Shown here piece by piece: positions 62,351 to 64,000 of a stretch of 64,000 bases of DNA. The notes below the pieces were generated by a model. The model worked only from the letters and a program-made list of their open reading frames with translations. It ran no database searches and had not been told where the DNA came from. The first letter of the stretch is position 1; each line of letters begins with the position of its first letter. A program made the translations under genes and the position numbers. The stretch spans positions 16,492,001-16,556,000 of the forward strand of contig NW_026889765.1 of the NCBI RefSeq assembly GCF_033153115.1, written 5' to 3'. The stretch is from Saccostrea echinata (lineage: Eukaryota).

Positions 62351-64000
62351 AATATAATATTAAAAACACAATATACCATCACGTCATAATTTTATTTTCA
62401 AAGTTTGGATAACATCATCAAGAATCAGGTAGTCTTTTTAATTCAAATGTGTGGTAAAAGAGATCACTGTACTGCTTTTGTTAAACTGTACTATGCTAAC
62501 GGAAAAATTGTGTGGTCAAATTCTTTTCTTTTTTGCAAGATATTCCTTTCATAAATCCTCAATACATGTAACTTTTTAAAACCACAGTTTTGGGACACTT
62601 ATGTTGAAATACCCTGTATATTAACATATCGTGAAAGTATGTGTCCTCTTTTATGATATAGAGGTCTACCATGGTACATAATTTATGTAAATGGTGTCTA
62701 TATTTTTGTTCGTATAGCTATAAATCTTCAAAATTATTGAAACATATGACCTTAGGTAACATCTTTTATTAAATATTTTAACTGGAGACTGATACACAAA
62801 ATGAATTCAACAATATCCATTAAAATGTTGAATCTTTTTTGATTAAGTATCATATAAACAGAGACAATTTCTGAAGTGAGGGCAGGCTGTTGACAGACGG
62901 GTTGATGGAGATCTCATCGGCCTTGTTTGGTGTCAGGTTCGGAGGTTTTGTGGTCGCTGCGGTGGCCTTTGATGTCAGGTTCGAAGGTTTTGCGGTCGCT
63001 GCGGTAGCCTTGTCTTCAGGTGCAAAATATAATTAGGTCAGATGCTAAACCCAAGATTAATGTTCAAAAAACTAATTTTAGAATTGGAATTAACAACTTG
63101 AAAATTGAAATTATCAAATTTAAAGTTTGAAAAGCCAACTTTAAAGTTGGTATCAACAACTTCAAAAAAAAAAAAAATTACCAGGCACTTATGCGCCATT
63201 TCCCAAAATATGCTTTTCTAGAAAAGTTTTGTTTGCATTAATTTAGTCTATCTGCAATATTTTTATGACAAAATTCTGTTGTTTCTGCACAATATGAATC
63301 CATGTCTATCAGTGAACAGGTTATAAGTAAGGAATGAATACTGTAAATTTTATAAATTTTACTTGTAATTTGCCTTTTTATATGTCTTATTTAATGCGTT
63401 TTCATTCTTATGACAAAATCATTTTGAACAACTGTTGTATAATGCATTTCTATATGGTATTACGTTTGAATGTAATTTGCAAACAAGGTGTTACATCAAC
63501 GTGTCCATCGATGACAATTCATTAGTTATCAGATAAATTTAACTTTCCTTGAAAAATGAAATACAGATATGACGATATTTAATTTTAAAAAAATGATTAT
63601 CGAAGCTTAGATTCCGTGTGATACCAAAACTGCGATTGAATTCCCACTTAATGATTTTAATACTAAACAGATAAGCTTCAATCTATACATTATTTATCTT
63701 ACCTACTTCTTAATTTTATGTCATTGATTTTGTATGTAATTAAGGATGTATTGTGTTGAATTAACTGAATTAACTTTTCAATTTTGGCACTTTGATTCGA
63801 TATTTTTATTGTTTGAAACAAAATGATATGGAAAAATAGGAATTAGGGAATTTATTTTTAAATATTATAAGGCGTTACTAATATGAGAGGGAACCAAACA
63901 TCTTGGACTGTTTTATAGACAATGAATGAGAAATGTCTTTCTTGAAAATTTTATGATTTGGAATTATACTTTTCTTCATATATTTTAGAAAGCAAATAAA

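Noticed and set aside
62592-62618. Tc1-like TIR end (GGGACACTTATGTTGAAATACCCTG|TA)
   Set aside because: No matching partner TIR was found in the window, so the element cannot be delimited.

Overview
AT-rich eukaryotic DNA, most likely from an oyster-type bivalve. This is inferred from Helentron/HINE elements carrying ~166-bp Cg170-like satellite monomers and from the overall repeat repertoire. It is a draft assembly with three N gaps. Most of the window is a mosaic of nested transposable elements, and most boundaries can be read to the base from TIRs and target-site duplications. These include a Harbinger element with its convergent partner gene, a 5'-truncated L1/Tx1 LINE split by a Kolobok-type element, HINEs with satellite arrays (one split by a 2.2-kb CACTA-type foldback), a DIRS-type retroelement split by a Harbinger MITE that itself contains a hAT MITE, and a Mutator derivative containing a Merlin-like MITE. 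There is also a TG..CA element inserted into a copy of itself, a Naiad-type Penelope element (GIY-YIG upstream of RT), tRNA/Deu-domain SINEs, and Tc1/pogo and 9-bp-TSD MITEs. Host genes are one intact single-ORF class A GPCR (38712-39758) and, missed by the ORF track, spliced exons of a small cysteine-rich protein (20692-21053), with a candidate upstream exon apparently hit by a HINE. The most notable signals are a ~334-bp unit bracketed by two minimal type I hammerhead ribozyme motifs (retrozyme or Penelope pLTR, 59101-59468), the hidden Cys-rich gene and the Naiad element. All coordinates were read by eye and no database searches were run.
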